Virus record (IMG/VR): IMGVR_UViG_3300035704_000396
Coordinates: 6,651-70,650 of that record
Direction: 5' to 3' (one strand)
Length of the DNA: 64,000 bases
Source of the DNA: a virus
Position numbers and translations under genes: made by a program. Positions 18,291-28,180 of the stretch are shown here, piece after piece. The notes under the pieces are model-generated. The model was not told where the DNA came from. It did no database searches and worked only from the letters and a program-made list of their open reading frames with translations. Each line of letters opens with the position of its first letter. Position 1 is the stretch's first letter.

Positions 18291-18907
18291 CCGCCGACAC
18301 CACTGGTCAGACCGGCCACCCGGGCAGCAGCGCGGCGGCGAGCGTGCGCCGGCGCGCCACCCGGTTCGAAGACGCCGTCGGCGCGGCCGCCACCCCGGGC
18401 GACCAGGTGGCCGAGGCGAGCCGGGCCCTGCGGGCGCTTCTACCCAAGTCCCATCCCCTCACCGCGGCCTTCCTGGCCGGCCAGTTCGTCGAACTGGTCC
18501 GGGTGGCGATGCAGGCCGTACAGGCCGAGGCCGCCGGGCAGCGCCTGGCCGTCCCCCCGCCCACCAGCGCCCGGCGGCGTGGCCGCCGGGCCGCCGGGTG
18601 CGCCGCGCCCGGTGTGCGCGGTGTCGTCGCCCTCCTGACTTCCCCGCAGGATGGCGACGACTGGCGCCAGTCCGGCCTGTGCGGCCAGGCCGACCCCGAG
18701 GTGTTCCACCCCGAACGCGGCGGATCGGCCCGGCAGGCCAAGGCCACCTGCCACCGCTGCCCGGTGCAGGACCCGTGCCTGGAATGGGCGCTGGACCACC
18801 ACGAACACGGCGGCATCTGGGGCGGCCTGTCCGACCGGGAACGGCACGAGCTGGTCAAGACCCGCAAGGCCCGCCCGGACCAGGACGCCTCCGAACTGGC
18901 CAGCTAG
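18287..18907 (+). CDS. whiB: WhiB-family regulator with N-terminal extension
   Basis: Four Cys (C..DPEVFHP, AKATCHRCPV, C) and GIWGGLS..ER. Confidence 0.9.
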   Translation: MTADTTGQTGHPGSSAAASVRRRATRFEDAVGAAATPGDQVAEASRALRALLPKSHPLTAAFLAGQFVELVRVAMQAVQAEAAGQRLAVPPPTSARRRGRRAAGCAAPGVRGVVALLTSPQDGDDWRQSGLCGQADPEVFHPERGGSARQAKATCHRCPVQDPCLEWALDHHEHGGIWGGLSDRERHELVKTRKARPDQDASELAS

Positions 18908-18934
18908 CCCATCCGCAAGGGAGACATCGAGATC

Positions 18935-20143
18935 ATGAGGCCCAACCCGCCCGTGGCCCAGCCGGTCGACCTGGCCGACCTCTGGACGTCCACCGCCAGC
19001 CCGGTGCTGGTCCTGGTCGTGCTGGGGGCGCTGCTGGCTGTTGTGCTGCTCGCCGCGGCCGGCGCGCGCCTCGTTCGACGGCTGCCCGCCGGCACGCCGT
19101 GGTGGTACTACGGCGGCGCCCTGGGTGGCCTGTCGGTCTCCCTGGACACGTCGTGGCGGTTCTTCGGGGACAGGCTCGGCGTGGTCGGCGCCGAGCGGGT
19201 CGTCATGTTCTCCGTCGTCGAACTCGCGCTGATCGCCTGCGCGTTGGGCATGCGGGCCAACGTCCGCCACCTCCACCCGGAGACCGGCAAGCCCGGTTCG
19301 CCCGGTGCGCCGCGCACCGTGGCCTGGGTGCTGTGCGGCCTGTCCGGCTACGCCGCCGTGGTGCTGTCCGGGCCCATCGACGGCATCGCCCGGGTCGCCT
19401 TGGGCCCGATCTTGAGCTTGGTCATGCTCCACCTGGCGCTGGGCATCGAGATCCGCCACCGCGCCGGCGCCCAGACCGGCGTCTGGGCGCGGGTCGCCAG
19501 TGAACTGCGGGAGCGGTTCCTGTCCCGGCTGGGGCTGGCCGATGACAACCGGGACGCGGTCACCAGGACCCGTGAGCGGGCGGTGACCCGCGCGGCGCGA
19601 CTGGCGCTGGCCGAGCATGCGCTGTGCCGTTCGGCGCGGCTGGCGCGGGCGTTGCGGGCCGCACGGGTAGCGCACGAGCCGCTGCTGCGTGACCGCTTGC
19701 TGGCCGAGTTGGCGGTGCAACGGTCGGCCGCGCAACTAGCGACGCTGCCGCTGCGTTCACCGTGGCAACCGCTAGCGGTCACCAGCGCTACCGACGCCGA
19801 CACGGGCGGTGACGCGCAGCCGCTACCCGACCGCACCGGCAGCGCCGCTGCCGATGGTGGCGTGGTAGCGCGGCCGCTGCGGGTAGCGCCAGCGCCGGTA
19901 GCGCGCTTGGCCACCACGCAGCGCCGCCGGCCGGGGCAACTGGCCGGCGTGTCCAGGGCAGCCGGTGACAAGACAGCACTCATGCGGCAGGTGTTCGACC
20001 AGCACGTCGAGGCCGGCACCGTTGGCCAGCTCACCGGCACTGCACTGGCCAAGGCGGCCGGCGCGAACCCCAGCTACGGCCGGGCCAGGCTCGCCGAGTG
20101 GACCAGCCAGCTGGCTGGCCAGCAGACGCAGGCCGCCCGATGA
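18935..20143 (+). CDS. SpdB/DUF2637-like multi-TM plasmid spread protein with possible C-terminal HTH
   Basis: Several TM segments, SLDTSWRF motif, C-terminal LTGTALAKAAGANPSYGR; in the tra region. Confidence 0.7.
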   Translation: MRPNPPVAQPVDLADLWTSTASPVLVLVVLGALLAVVLLAAAGARLVRRLPAGTPWWYYGGALGGLSVSLDTSWRFFGDRLGVVGAERVVMFSVVELALIACALGMRANVRHLHPETGKPGSPGAPRTVAWVLCGLSGYAAVVLSGPIDGIARVALGPILSLVMLHLALGIEIRHRAGAQTGVWARVASELRERFLSRLGLADDNRDAVTRTRERAVTRAARLALAEHALCRSARLARALRAARVAHEPLLRDRLLAELAVQRSAAQLATLPLRSPWQPLAVTSATDADTGGDAQPLPDRTGSAAADGGVVARPLRVAPAPVARLATTQRRRPGQLAGVSRAAGDKTALMRQVFDQHVEAGTVGQLTGTALAKAAGANPSYGRARLAEWTSQLAGQQTQAAR

Positions 20144-20333
20144 CCTCCACCAACCGGACCGGCGCCGGGTGGCGCGCTGGTCGCGCCGCCACCCCAGCGG
20201 TAGCGCTGCCGCCGCGTCGGGCACGAGCGCTTGCCGGCCGGTGTCGCGCTACCGCTACCCCGCTGCCGCTGGCGCGGGTGGCGGGGGCAGCGCCTGGACC
20301 GTCAGCCGCTACCGCGCCACCGCTACCGCTACC
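19666..20333. repeat. cluster of about 12 CGCTACC/GGTAGCG heptamers
   Basis: Copies at 19666, 19786, 19821, 19864, 19882, 19897, 20199, 20247, 20253, 20307, 20321 and 20327, in both orientations. Confidence 0.7.
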
Positions 20334-20394
20334 GCTGCCTGTGGCGGCGCGGCCGGAAGCGGTGGCGCGGCGGGATGTCGGGGTGTCGACATGA
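20140..20394 (+). CDS. low-complexity hypothetical protein (may be a non-coding repeat locus)
   Basis: ATGA coupling at both ends, but dominated by heptamer repeats. Confidence 0.35.
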   Translation: MTSTNRTGAGWRAGRAATPAVALPPRRARALAGRCRATATPLPLARVAGAAPGPSAATAPPLPLPLPVAARPEAVARRDVGVST

Positions 20395-20654
20395 CCGCCG
20401 GGCAGCCCCGTCGCCGCACGCGCCGCGAAGCCCGTCCGGTCTACCGGGCCAAGGCGCTGCAGAACCGCATGGACGGCGCATCCAACGGGCGGGCGAAAGT
20501 CGCGGCCGCGTGCGATCACCTGCGGTCCGTGCTCGCCGACCCGCATCTACCGGCCGAACTGGCCGATGAGGCGGCCGACCGCACGGTCACATTCCTGGTC
20601 GCCATGGCCACCGAGATGGAGAAGGCCGCAGCCTCAACGAAAGGGAGGAAGTGA
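20391..20654 (+). CDS. hypothetical protein
   Basis: ATG 20391; helical, protein-like; coupled to the next gene. Confidence 0.65.
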   Translation: MTAGQPRRRTRREARPVYRAKALQNRMDGASNGRAKVAAACDHLRSVLADPHLPAELADEAADRTVTFLVAMATEMEKAAASTKGRK

Positions 20655-21082
20655 TCATGCCTGACACTCGGACGGACCAGCCCGCCGTCACGGACAGTCA
20701 ACCCACACCCGCACCCCACACTGCGGGTTTTGATCAACCCGAGGACCCGGGTGGGGGGCCAACGCGCACACGTGCACATGTGCGCGCGAGGCTAGCGCAG
20801 ATCCCCCCGGTACCGCCGATCCTCCGCGCCCTGTTCGTCAGTGACGCTCCGTCACCGTTGCGTGAGGTGTTTCCCCGCTGCAAGGCGCGCGTGGACTACG
20901 CCGTGCACGGCGAATGGTGCTCCCCGGAGGCCACCTTCTTGCGGCTGCTGATGCTGGTGTTCACCGTGCTGATCGGCTGCCCGATCGCGATCGCCATCGA
21001 CTTCCTCGACTGGGCCACATTCCCCGCCGGCCGCTGCGCGGCGTTCGCCCTGTTCATCGTTCTGATCGTCGCCCTGGCCTGA
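20651..21082 (+). CDS. membrane protein (transfer region)
   Basis: GGAGG RBS; two C-terminal TM segments. Confidence 0.65.
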   Translation: MIMPDTRTDQPAVTDSQPTPAPHTAGFDQPEDPGGGPTRTRAHVRARLAQIPPVPPILRALFVSDAPSPLREVFPRCKARVDYAVHGEWCSPEATFLRLLMLVFTVLIGCPIAIAIDFLDWATFPAGRCAAFALFIVLIVALA

Positions 21083-21097
21083 AAGGAGGCCCATCCC

Positions 21098-21664
21098 ATG
21101 TCCATTCACGACCTGCGCGCCATCCTCGTCACCACGGGCGGCGGGATCGCCATCATCGGCGTCGCCCTGCTGCTGCGCCGGATCGCCCGAGACCACTTCT
21201 GGCTGCACGCCGTGGTCATGCTCATCGGCGCCAGCTTCGCCGTGCCCGAACTGTCCTCGCTGCTCGGTCTGGCCCTGGACTTCGGCAAATGGCTGCTGCT
21301 GAAGTTCGCCGGGTGGCTGTCCACCAAAGGCCACGCCTGGTCGGTGGTCGGCACGTTCTTCCACGTGGTCGGCGACGGCCTGACCGTGATCTTCGCGTTG
21401 ATCCTGGTCGTGTGGCTGCTGTGGCACCTGTTCCCGCGCCTGCACACCCTTCGCGGCGGTGGCGGCGGCAGGACGCGGGTCGGTGGGGGAGCGACCACCG
21501 GCATGCCCTACGGCGTCCCCGGCGCCGGCGGTGGCCTGGCCGGGCGACTGTCCGGCCTGCACGCCGTCGAGCGCTACACCATGTGGCTGGCGTTCTTCAC
21601 GCCCGCCGCCGTGGTGCTGGCCACGCCCCTGTCGCACCTGGTGCGCATCCACGGGGGGGCGTGA
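21098..21664 (+). CDS. multi-TM membrane protein (transfer region)
   Basis: AAGGAGG RBS; about four TM segments. Confidence 0.75.
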   Translation: MSIHDLRAILVTTGGGIAIIGVALLLRRIARDHFWLHAVVMLIGASFAVPELSSLLGLALDFGKWLLLKFAGWLSTKGHAWSVVGTFFHVVGDGLTVIFALILVVWLLWHLFPRLHTLRGGGGGRTRVGGGATTGMPYGVPGAGGGLAGRLSGLHAVERYTMWLAFFTPAAVVLATPLSHLVRIHGGA

Positions 21665-21670
21665 CCTGCC

Positions 21671-23191
21671 GTGGAAATCGTGCTGGTGTGCCTGGCGGTC
21701 GGCTACATCTTCGCCTACCGCCTGCCCTTGACCGCCTACTGCGCGGTCACCGGCAAGACCACCCCGTGGGTGGCGGCCAAACAAGCCAGGATCGCCGAGA
21801 CCCACGGCACCGACGTGGGCAGTAGCTACGGCTCGTCCCACAACCCGCGCTCGCTGCGTGGCTTCTTCGCCTCGTGGTGGGGTGACCTGTGGGAGGACAT
21901 GCATGCCTGGCGGGCCGAACGGCGGGCCGGGCAGCCCGAGCGGCGTGCCGAACGGGAGGCCCGCCGGCGTAACGGTGAGTCCAGGATGGCCGGCGTGCGC
22001 GGCGGGTGGCAGCGTCTCCGGGACTGGCTGCGGTCGCTGCGCCGCGCCGGCCGGGGCGACCGGTCGGGCTGGCTACCGCAATGGTTGCCGTTGGTCGACC
22101 GGCCGGACAGCCCCGAAGGTGAGCATGCCGTGGTGCCCGAGGCACCCGAGGTGGCCTTGGCCGACACCGACGAGGCGCTCGCCTGGGCCTTGAACGACAC
22201 GGACACCTACGACCCCGACGCCCGCGTGCTGGTCGACCGCGCCAAGGCCGACCTGGGTGTCCCGGTGCCGGCCAGCCCGCCGCCGGACCGGGCCGCCGGC
22301 CCTGCGCCGGCGTCGCCGGCTCCTAGCGGCACCGAGCCGGCAGCCAACGGCAACAACAGCGGGAACCCGGCTCCGCCCCGACCGGCCGAGCCGATGTCCT
22401 GTGCCTGGCTGGATCCCATCAAGGTGGGAGACGACATCGTCGTCGGCACGTGCAGCATCCCGGCTGCGCCAGATAAATACCTGTGCGACTACCACCTGAG
22501 GCTCATCGACGCGGTCAGAACCCACACCGGCTGCCGGTGGGAGATCGGCGTGAAACCGCCGTGCCCCAACCCGATCGACCCACACGACGGGATGTTCTGC
22601 ACCGAGCATGTCAACGCACTCCACCGCCGGTACCTGGCCAGCCTCGACCCGGCGCCCGCCGACGTCCCCAAGGACGACGTCCCCAAGGACAGCCCAAGCG
22701 AGGCATCCGCCGAGCCCACGCCGGCGGTCGACTCCGGTGCGCCGGCCGTACCCCCGGCCACCCCGCAGGCACCACCGTCAGGCCGTCCGCACCTGACTGT
22801 GGTGCCCAACCCAGACCCCCCGGCACTCCCGTCGGGGCGCAGTGAAGGAGTTCCACCGATGGCAGACACCAAGACGGCGCCGGGTTTGACCGCCGAGGAG
22901 GCGGCCAGCGTCCAGGCCCTGGACCTCAACGCCGACGACATGCTGGGCAGCATGTCCAACCAGTGGCCCAGCTACATCGAGACGGTCGAGAACAACGTCG
23001 TGGCGGCCGGCCTGGCCGGCAACAAGGCCGTCAAGACAGCGATTGCTTCGTTCGACGAGGCCGTCGGGGCCGCGCGTGCCGCCGCGCAGGCGCTGAAGAC
23101 CGCCCTGAAGCCGCAGGTCGATCTGGCCAACAACGTGTCCGAGACCGAGGACCACGGCACCAACATGAAGGCGTACGAGAACACCGAGTGA
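21671..23191 (+). CDS. transfer-region protein: N-terminal TM, Cys/His repeats, C-terminal helical domain
   Basis: Immediately upstream of traB; two C-x-W...C...C-x2-H units; Ala-rich helical tail. Confidence 0.7.
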   Translation: MEIVLVCLAVGYIFAYRLPLTAYCAVTGKTTPWVAAKQARIAETHGTDVGSSYGSSHNPRSLRGFFASWWGDLWEDMHAWRAERRAGQPERRAEREARRRNGESRMAGVRGGWQRLRDWLRSLRRAGRGDRSGWLPQWLPLVDRPDSPEGEHAVVPEAPEVALADTDEALAWALNDTDTYDPDARVLVDRAKADLGVPVPASPPPDRAAGPAPASPAPSGTEPAANGNNSGNPAPPRPAEPMSCAWLDPIKVGDDIVVGTCSIPAAPDKYLCDYHLRLIDAVRTHTGCRWEIGVKPPCPNPIDPHDGMFCTEHVNALHRRYLASLDPAPADVPKDDVPKDSPSEASAEPTPAVDSGAPAVPPATPQAPPSGRPHLTVVPNPDPPALPSGRSEGVPPMADTKTAPGLTAEEAASVQALDLNADDMLGSMSNQWPSYIETVENNVVAAGLAGNKAVKTAIASFDEAVGAARAAAQALKTALKPQVDLANNVSETEDHGTNMKAYENTE

Positions 23192-23290
23192 CCCGGCTTC
23201 GGCCGTTCCCGGGCGGGCCAGCGCCACACCAGCGCTGGCCCGGCCCGGAATCAGCCGAAACCCACCACCAGGCTTGGAAGGGAGGCCCGC

Positions 23291-25492
23291 GTGACCGACA
23301 TCGACACCGATCCCGCCGCCGACACCGGCTCTGAGTTTGAAGTCGAGTGGCCGCCGTACTCGGGCGTACCCGCGTTCGACCCGGACGCCGACGAGTTCGC
23401 AGTGGACCCACCGGGGGAGAAGCCGTGGCGGGAGCACGTCGTCCGGCAGGCCATGCCGATCTCGGTGGCGGCGCTGCTGTGGGCGGCCGCCGAATCCGCC
23501 TACCTGGCACCGGAGACGTGGCCGGTGGGCGCTCCGGTCGCGGCCGGCGTGTATTTCGTAGCCGCCATCGGTATGTGGTCGGCGTGGGCGCGTAACAACC
23601 CGGCCAACCGGAAAGCGCGCCGCCGGTGGGCCTGCACTGTCATCGGCGCCGGCGGGGGGTGGCTGCTGTGGGCCGCGTCGTTCGGTGCCGGCCACGTTGC
23701 CACGATGTTGCTGGCCGTCGGTGGGGGTGCGCTGGCGCTGCCCTTCTGGGTGCGCAACGCCCTGTGGACCAACCCGCGGCGACCGGCCGAGCGTGAGCCT
23801 GAGCCGGTCGAGGACGACACATATGGGGACGAGGCGGTAGTCCCGGAGACCCCCGCCGTTGAGGTGGCGGCACCGGAACTGGACACCAATCAGCTGCTGT
23901 GGCAGCAGATGGTCGGCAGCCGTGACGGCCTGCTGCCCGGATCGGCGCTGCTGGATCCGAAGTGCTCGGAGATGTTCGACGAGTATCTGGCCCAGCTGGA
24001 CAACCGCAAACACACCTCGGAGTCGGCGTTCGCCGTGCGCCGCCGGATCGCCGCGTTGTGGGGCATGCCGCTGGCCTCCGTGTCGGTTCTGCCGCACCCG
24101 ATGGGTTTCGAGGACAAGGTGCTGGTTCGGTTTTCGCGGACCAACCCGTTGCAGGCCGCCAAGCCGTACCCGGGGCCGCAGCTGGCCATCGACCTGACCG
24201 GCGGCAACATCCGTGCGCTGATCGGCTACCGGGCCGACGGCTCCCCGGTGTGGTGGACGTTGTTCGAGGCCGGCTGGGGCATGCGCGGGGGCGCCGTGTT
24301 CGGCGACACCGGGTCAGGCAAGTCGGTGTTGCTGCGCAGCCTGATCACCTCGTTCGCCTACACAGGGCTGGTCATGCCGGTGGTGGGCTGCCCGCAGGGC
24401 GGCGGCTCGTACCCGATGTGGATCAAACATGCCCCGTGGCCGGCGCCCAGCGGCGACGAGATCCTCCACCAGGCGCGTGGCCTGCTGGCCGCGCACCGCC
24501 GCCGGTCGGCCATCAACAGGCTGCTGCGCCGAGACCTTCACGTCCCGACCCGCGACGCGCCACTGTTGCCGTGGATCGTGGACGAGCTCCACAAGATGCG
24601 GGAGCACCCGGCTCAAGACGAGTTCTACGCGATCGTCGACATCGTGGAGCGCGAGGGTCGCAAAACCGGCATCCGCATGGTCATCGCCGACCAGGACCCG
24701 TCGGTGCCCAACACGTTCAACAACCTCAACTCCATCCGGTCGTCGTTGATCGGCGCCGGCGGGCAGTGCGTGATCTTGCGGATCTCCAAGAACGTCGGCG
24801 CCCAGTTGCCCGGCGGCCTGGTGGACCCGCGGACCATCCCGACCAAATTCCCGGACGGCACGCCCACGACTGGCCTGGCCGTTCTGAACGGCGAACCGGA
24901 ACTGTTCCGGGTGGCCAACCTGCTCGACGCCGACGCGCTTGCCGCGGCCGCACCCACGTTGGAGCCAGAGCCGGCCATCGTCGGTGTCATGGGCGATCAC
25001 TACGGCAAGCGGCACACCCGGCGGGCCGAGGAAGACGGGCAGCTGGCCGTGCAGATCGCCCAGGACGACCCCGAGCTGTATGCGCAGCTGGTAGGGAACG
25101 ACCCGGTCCTGGCGGCCGCCGCCCAGGCCGCCGCCGAGGCCGCCCGGCAGGCCGCGTATGCCGCCCAGGCCGAGCAGGTCGAGCAGGTCGACGGCCCGTC
25201 CGCCGGTGGTCGGGCGGTGGTGACCCGCGTGCCGGTCCCACCGGTGCCGGCGATAAGGCGGATCACGTGGACCTGCGAGCAGCGGGTGCTGCAGGTGGTG
25301 CGCCGCGGTGTCACCAAGTTCGGCGACATCAAAGCCGAGGCGACCAAGCCGGACCGCTCCGAATATTCCGAGACGGCGCTGCGCGATGCCATCGCCAGCC
25401 TGGCCAAACAGGGCCTGGTCGATGCCAGCCAGTGGGGACGTGTGTTGCCCGTGGACCCTTCCGGACCGGCTGAGGGGAAGCGGACGGCATGA
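23291..25492 (+). CDS. traB: TraB FtsK/SpoIIIE-family conjugal DNA translocase
   Basis: N-terminal TMs, Walker A GDTGSGKS, Walker B WIVDELH, REGRKTGI, C-terminal wHTH-like segment; GGAGG RBS. Confidence 0.92.
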   Translation: MTDIDTDPAADTGSEFEVEWPPYSGVPAFDPDADEFAVDPPGEKPWREHVVRQAMPISVAALLWAAAESAYLAPETWPVGAPVAAGVYFVAAIGMWSAWARNNPANRKARRRWACTVIGAGGGWLLWAASFGAGHVATMLLAVGGGALALPFWVRNALWTNPRRPAEREPEPVEDDTYGDEAVVPETPAVEVAAPELDTNQLLWQQMVGSRDGLLPGSALLDPKCSEMFDEYLAQLDNRKHTSESAFAVRRRIAALWGMPLASVSVLPHPMGFEDKVLVRFSRTNPLQAAKPYPGPQLAIDLTGGNIRALIGYRADGSPVWWTLFEAGWGMRGGAVFGDTGSGKSVLLRSLITSFAYTGLVMPVVGCPQGGGSYPMWIKHAPWPAPSGDEILHQARGLLAAHRRRSAINRLLRRDLHVPTRDAPLLPWIVDELHKMREHPAQDEFYAIVDIVEREGRKTGIRMVIADQDPSVPNTFNNLNSIRSSLIGAGGQCVILRISKNVGAQLPGGLVDPRTIPTKFPDGTPTTGLAVLNGEPELFRVANLLDADALAAAAPTLEPEPAIVGVMGDHYGKRHTRRAEEDGQLAVQIAQDDPELYAQLVGNDPVLAAAAQAAAEAARQAAYAAQAEQVEQVDGPSAGGRAVVTRVPVPPVPAIRRITWTCEQRVLQVVRRGVTKFGDIKAEATKPDRSEYSETALRDAIASLAKQGLVDASQWGRVLPVDPSGPAEGKRTA

Positions 25493-26232
25493 AGCCTCTC
25501 GCCGGTCCCCGCGCGGTTGCGGCTGTGCCACCACCGCCACCGCCGGTCGTGGCCGCGCCGCACCGACCGGCCGACCCTGGCCGGGTGCACCGGCCGGGCC
25601 GGCCCGGGCCGCCCGCTGGCCGGCATGCCACCGGCCGGCATGCCACCACCGCTCGCCCGGTGCACCCGGCCAGGGTCTCCGCACATCCCGCGCCCCGGCG
25701 GCCAGCCCGCTCACGCGCCGGCGGCCGGGCCGGGGGAGCGGGGTCGTCGTCGCAGTGGCGGCCACCGATGTGGCTGATCATCGTGCTGATCGTCGCCGGG
25801 TTCGGCGGCGCCGGCGGTGTCGCGGTCGCTGCCAGCACATTGGGCGCCCCGCCGGCCGGGCAACCGGCCCCACCGGCCCAGGTGCAGACGTGGATCGCGC
25901 AGGCCAACCAGATCCTGCTCGCCCACGGCACCCCCGCCGGCGACCTGGACCCGGCCGACCAGTGGCTGATCATCCGGCACGAATCGGGCGGCAACCCCTT
26001 GGCCGAGAACCGCTCCGACTCCAACTTCGTGGCCGGCCACCCCTCGAAAGGGATCATGCAGACCATCGACTCCACGTTCCGGGCCAACGCGTTGCCCGGA
26101 CATGAGGACATCTGGATGCCGGTCGACAACATCATCGCCGGTTCGTTGTATGCGATCCGCCGCTACGGCTCGATCCGGAACGTGCCCGGCGTGGTCGCCG
26201 TGCATGAAGGCCGCCCCTACGTCGGCTACTGA
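25489..26232 (+). CDS. SLT-domain lytic transglycosylase
   Basis: IIRHESGGNP, SKGIMQTIDSTF and DNIIAG..YAIRRYG motifs; TM anchor. Confidence 0.9.
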   Translation: MKPLAGPRAVAAVPPPPPPVVAAPHRPADPGRVHRPGRPGPPAGRHATGRHATTARPVHPARVSAHPAPRRPARSRAGGRAGGAGSSSQWRPPMWLIIVLIVAGFGGAGGVAVAASTLGAPPAGQPAPPAQVQTWIAQANQILLAHGTPAGDLDPADQWLIIRHESGGNPLAENRSDSNFVAGHPSKGIMQTIDSTFRANALPGHEDIWMPVDNIIAGSLYAIRRYGSIRNVPGVVAVHEGRPYVGY

Positions 26233-26282
26233 TCATCCGAGTGTCGGCAGCCGCTGTTTCCCACCACTAGCAGGGAGTTCCC

Positions 26283-26971
26283 ATGCTCACACGCCACCTG
26301 CTCGACGTTCCTGAGTCGTTGCAGATCGCCTGGCCGTACCCGGGCCCGGACAACGCCCTCGACCTGTGGAACCGCGGCTACGTCCGCGGCCACATCGGTT
26401 ACCGGGCCGACGGCTCCCCGGTGTGGTGGACGTTCTACGACGGGTTGAGCTGGGGCTCCGCCCGGTGGTCAGCGAGCCGGTGTATGGCGACATCGACCCG
26501 ATCATCCGTCAGGCGCGGGACCTGCTCGCCGAGCACCGACGCCGGCAGGACGCGAACAAGCGGCTGCGCCGCAGGCTGCTGACGCCGGACCGTGACACGC
26601 CGCTGCTGCTGTGGATCGTCGACGACATCCACCAGATACCCGGCTCCTGGCGGGACGAGTTCTTCTCGATCGCCGTCACCCTGAACCGGGAGGGTTACAG
26701 GACCGGGATCAGCCTGGTCGTCTCCACTGTGGACCCCAGCTTGCCCATGTCGTTCGGCGGCTCCGCGGACCTGCGGGCGTCGCTGGTCAGGGCGCAGTGC
26801 GTGTGGCTGCGCATGGACGTCCGTTCCCACCTGGCCGAGTCCGGTGGTCGGGTAGACCCGACCACCATCCCGCCCCGGTTCTCCGACGGCATGCCCACGT
26901 CCGGCGTGGGTGTGGTGCCGGGCGAGCCGCACCTGTTCCGCGTCGCCTACCTGCCCGACGACGGCATGTGA
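26283..26971 (+). pseudogene. frameshifted partial TraB paralog lacking Walker A
   Basis: PYPGP..IGYRADGSPVWWT (first frame), then RQARDLLAEHRRR, WIVDDIH, REGYRTGI and DPTTIPPRFSDG (second frame) align to TraB; frame change near 26455. Confidence 0.8.
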
Positions 26972-27035
26972 CCACCGCCGGCGGCACCCCAGCCTGCGCC
27001 GGCGTCTTTCCACCAACTACTCGAGGAGAACCCCC

Positions 27036-27656
27036 ATGCGTGCGATGCCGCGTGCGACTCGGCAGCGCTGGCAGGAGGCGTCCACCCTGCGCGAGCTCGG
27101 GGAGCTGACCGCGCTGTGGCTGGAAGGCAAACTCGACTCCCAGCCCGGATATGTACCCCGCGTCGGCCCGGACAAGGAAACCACCGAACTGGTGGCCGTC
27201 CTGGCCCGACTCAACCGGATCGGCTACCTGACCGACAGCTCCCAGCCCGGTTGGGGACCAGCCCCGGCTACGACGGTGCGATCTGGTGCCAACGCGCCGC
27301 GGTGAGCGGCTTCGCCCCCGCCGGCTTGGCCGACGCCATCGCGCAGGCCGCGACGAAGGTCGGGATGCTGGTCAGCGCCGCCAATGTGCGAGGCGCACGT
27401 CGGCTTGGCCGGTTCCGCGATCCCGACGCCATCACCGTCACCACCCGCGCAGACAGGCCCTACACCGCGTTCGGCGGCAGCCGCACCGCCAGCGACCCTG
27501 GCGTTGAGCTACGACGAATGCTGCGACGCCGTGTGCGCCGCGGTGCAGCTCGCCGTCGTCGATCCCGAATGGGGCGAGCGCGACGCCCTGTGGTCCTTGC
27601 TGGACAGCTTCGTCGCCCATGCCGCCCGCCGAACCACGGCGGCGAGGTCACGGTGA
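27036..27656 (+). pseudogene. DUF6919-like protein split by two frameshifts
   Basis: W..A.TL.ELG.L.A.WLEG..QPGY, LARLNR.GYLT..SQPG / QRAAVSGF / VVDPEWG.RD.LW spread over three frames. Confidence 0.65.
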
Positions 27657-27706
27657 CCGACCCACTGGGTCGGGTGTCATTTCCCACCACCACTGAAGGA
27701 GAACCC

Positions 27707-28180
27707 ATGCACGACGTGCAACAGCAGCAGCAGTTGGATCAGGAGGCCCGGACCACATGGGCCGCGTTGTTGGGCGCCCGGCTCGGCGCGTTGCCGGGGA
27801 CGGCGTTGTTGGGGCGTCAGGTCCGCGAGGCGTACACGGACTTCACGCTGGAACTGGTGCCGGGCATGCAGACGGTGGAGACGGTGGCCGCGGCGCGGCA
27901 GCTGATCGCCACGGCCTACGGGTGGCCGCTGACCCACGTGGTGGTCCTGCCGCACCCGCACCCGGCCCGCCAGGCGAGTTGGGCGCTGGTCCGGTTCGTC
28001 AGGACCGACTCGCAGCGTGTGGTCGCCCGCCGGCGCCACGGCGGGCTGCGTGGCCGTGCCGTCCAGGAAGGCGACAGCGGCACCGTGCTGGGCTGTCGCG
28101 GCAGCCGGCTGTTCGTCGCGTGGGACCACGCCGGGCAGGCCGTGGAGTCGCGGGACGACTATGTCGGGACGCTGGCGTGA
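27707..28180 (+). CDS. stand-alone copy of the TraB pre-ATPase (alpha-like) domain with a different C-terminus
   Basis: W..LLG.R.G.LPG.ALL, R..IA...G.PL..V.VLPHP and LVRF.RT match TraB; GAAGGAG RBS. Confidence 0.75.
   Translation: MHDVQQQQQLDQEARTTWAALLGARLGALPGTALLGRQVREAYTDFTLELVPGMQTVETVAAARQLIATAYGWPLTHVVVLPHPHPARQASWALVRFVRTDSQRVVARRRHGGLRGRAVQEGDSGTVLGCRGSRLFVAWDHAGQAVESRDDYVGTLA

Noticed and set aside
22661-22690. 15-bp tandem duplication GACGTCCCCAAGGAC (and a similar one near 25618-25647)
   Set aside because: In-frame slippage within low-complexity linkers
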